DNA of 64,000 bases from Cupriavidus sp. (lineage in GTDB: Bacteria > Pseudomonadota > Gammaproteobacteria > Burkholderiales > Burkholderiaceae): positions 295,259 to 359,258 of the forward strand of contig JAPSLP010000001.1 of assembly GCA_031180665.1 (NCBI GenBank), given 5' to 3'. Under the pieces are notes generated by a model. That model saw only the letters and a list, made by a program, of their open reading frames with translations, was not told the origin of the DNA and ran no database searches. The translations under genes and the position numbers were made by a program. This document shows positions 62,234 to 64,000 of this stretch, piece after piece (the stretch's first letter is position 1; each line of letters opens with the position of its first letter).

Positions 62234-63208
62234 ATGCAAGGCATTCGCCAGGCCCTGGCCTGCGTCGTTTCCGCCGTGGCATTGCTCGGCGCCACGCAGG
62301 CACGGGCCGACAGCTGGCCCAGCAAGCCGATTCAGATGATCGTGCCGCAGGCACCGGGCGGGACCAACGATATCGTGGCCCGGTTGGTGGCGGCGGACCT
62401 GTCGCAACGCCTCGGTCAGCAGGTCGTGGTCGAGAACCGGCCCGGCGCCGGCGGCAATATCGGCACGCAGTTCGCAGCGCGCGCGACGCCGAACGGTTAT
62501 ACGCTGCTGATGACGATCAGCAGCACGCAGGCGATCAACCCCTCGCTGTACCGCCAGGTTCCGTTCGATCCAATCAAGGACTTCGAGCCGATCGCGCTGG
62601 TCGCGACCGTGCCGAACGTACTGGTGGTCAATCCCGCCTTTCCCGCCAAGACACTGCCCGAACTGATCTCGATGGCGAAGGCCAAGCCCGGCCAGTATCG
62701 CTTTGCATCGGCGGGCAACGGCACGCTGAACCATCTGCTCGGCGAGATGCTGAACAGCATGGCCGGTATCGAGCTCGAGCATGTCCCGTACAAGGGCGTG
62801 GCGCCGGCCCTGAACGATGTGCTCGGCAACCAGGTGCCAATGGCGTTCGCGAGCCTGCCCTCGGTGCTGCCGCACATCAAGGCCGGCAAGGTCCGCGCGC
62901 TCGGCGTGAGCTCGGCCAGGCGCTCGCCCTTCGCGCCCGACATCCCGGCCATCGGCGAGACCGTGCCCGGCTATAGCGGCGATCTGTGGGTCGGCCTGTT
63001 CGCGGTCAAGGGGACGCCGAAGGAGATCACGCAGAAGCTGGCGCAGACCATGCAGACCGCGCTGGCGGACCCCGCGCTGCGCGAAAAGCTCGGCGCGCAA
63101 GGTGCCGAAGCGCTGTCGGCCACGCCGCAGCAGTTCGCCACCCAGCTCAAGGGCGATATCGACAAGTGGGCGCGCATCGTCAAGGCATCGGGCGCACAGG
63201 TGGACTAA
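62234..63208 (+). CDS. Bug/TctC substrate-binding protein
   Basis: AGGAGG RBS; WPSKPIQMIVP, VENRPGAGGNIG, HVPYKG. Confidence 0.93.
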   Translation: MQGIRQALACVVSAVALLGATQARADSWPSKPIQMIVPQAPGGTNDIVARLVAADLSQRLGQQVVVENRPGAGGNIGTQFAARATPNGYTLLMTISSTQAINPSLYRQVPFDPIKDFEPIALVATVPNVLVVNPAFPAKTLPELISMAKAKPGQYRFASAGNGTLNHLLGEMLNSMAGIELEHVPYKGVAPALNDVLGNQVPMAFASLPSVLPHIKAGKVRALGVSSARRSPFAPDIPAIGETVPGYSGDLWVGLFAVKGTPKEITQKLAQTMQTALADPALREKLGAQGAEALSATPQQFATQLKGDIDKWARIVKASGAQVD

Positions 63209-63280
63209 AAAAACTGACCCGTCCGCGCGGTGCGCCGGACGGGCCGGTTGGCGCCTCGCGGCGCCCATGTTGTGTACCGC

Positions 63281-63892
63281 TTAGTGGGCGGCCGAGCCGG
63301 CCATTGCCTGTTCCGCCTGGGCCTGCATGAACTCCCGGGCCGCGTTGACGGCCTGCATCGCCTCCTGATTGCCGCCCTTGTCGGGATGGGCCTTGAGCGA
63401 TGCGGCCTTGAAGGCCTTGCCGATCTTCGCCACATCCGTCTCGCCAGCATTCAGCCCCAGGATTTCGTGCGGCAGACGGTCGAAGCTCCATCCGTCTGGC
63501 GCGTGGGGATTGACCGCAGCGGCGGGGCTCTGCGGCGGCCGCGCGCTGTGCGTCGGTTCGGGCCGATGACGCTGCTGCCTCGCGCGCTCGCTTTGCCGAT
63601 CGTCGCGACGCTTCGATTCGGGTTCGGGATCGCGCACCGGCCACAGCACCACGATCGCCGCCGACAGCCTGCCGGCATTGTCGACCAGCACGATCGCATG
63701 GATCTGGAGCGGTGCCACTGTCCGCGGGGCGAACGTGTCGACGTTCAGGTTGGCGAGCAGCAGGCTCATCAACAGCGCGTTGGCGGCATCCTGCGGCGAC
63801 ATCGAGTACTGCTGCTCGGGGAACTTCGCCTGCGGCAGGGTCGACGGGATGTCGATGGGCCGCTGGGCGTGGATGGCGGAGATGGACGACAT
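63281..63892 (-). CDS. Protein with a C-terminal J-domain
   Basis: GGAG RBS; PHEILGL...KAFKAASLKAHPDKGGNQEAMQAVNAARE. Confidence 0.72.
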   Translation of the reverse strand: MSSISAIHAQRPIDIPSTLPQAKFPEQQYSMSPQDAANALLMSLLLANLNVDTFAPRTVAPLQIHAIVLVDNAGRLSAAIVVLWPVRDPEPESKRRDDRQSERARQQRHRPEPTHSARPPQSPAAAVNPHAPDGWSFDRLPHEILGLNAGETDVAKIGKAFKAASLKAHPDKGGNQEAMQAVNAAREFMQAQAEQAMAGSAAH

Positions 63893-64000
63893 TGGCAACT
63901 CCTTGGAGACACGGAGGCGCCATCGTTGCGCGATGACCGCACGGGCGCCACCGCTGAAACCAACTGGCTTTCGCTTTTGCGTCACGTGACGCATCGCAAG

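Overview
A GC-rich betaproteobacterial window. Three Bug/TctC genes and a chrBAF cluster suggest a Cupriavidus/Ralstonia-like host (inference). It appears to span a replication terminus: a 28-bp dif/Xer site lies at 29714-29741 and GGGNAGGG (KOPS) motifs reverse polarity across it. Accessory DNA is clustered around dif. On the XerC side are a frameshifted IS1202-family element inserted exactly 5 bp from the XerC arm, older IS-end relics and a yefM-yoeB toxin-antitoxin pair. On the XerD side is a lower-GC island with the strongest novelty candidate, a co-oriented two-gene cassette. Its first gene encodes a dynamin-like GTPase carrying an integrase-arm-like N-terminal DNA-binding domain, and its promoter is bracketed by inverted pairs of 10-bp-phased GGAACAT repeats. 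Its second gene encodes a 1251-aa REase-fold / degenerate-STAND / helical-solenoid protein. Next to the cassette is a frameshifted tyrosine recombinase with a perfect 11-6-11 core site that truncates a hydrolase gene. The rest is mostly transport, regulation and detoxification: two TonB receptors, a sensor kinase, a GGDEF-EAL protein, chromate and arsenic clusters, an amidase, a D-aminoacylase and a fluoroacetate dehalogenase-like hydrolase. Features missing from the ORF track include a Trp-Trp leader-peptide attenuator ahead of a TrpRS-II-type trpS, a candidate sRNA, an arsI relic and several operators. No rRNA, tRNA or CRISPR array was seen. All family assignments come from motif recognition by eye; no database searches were run.
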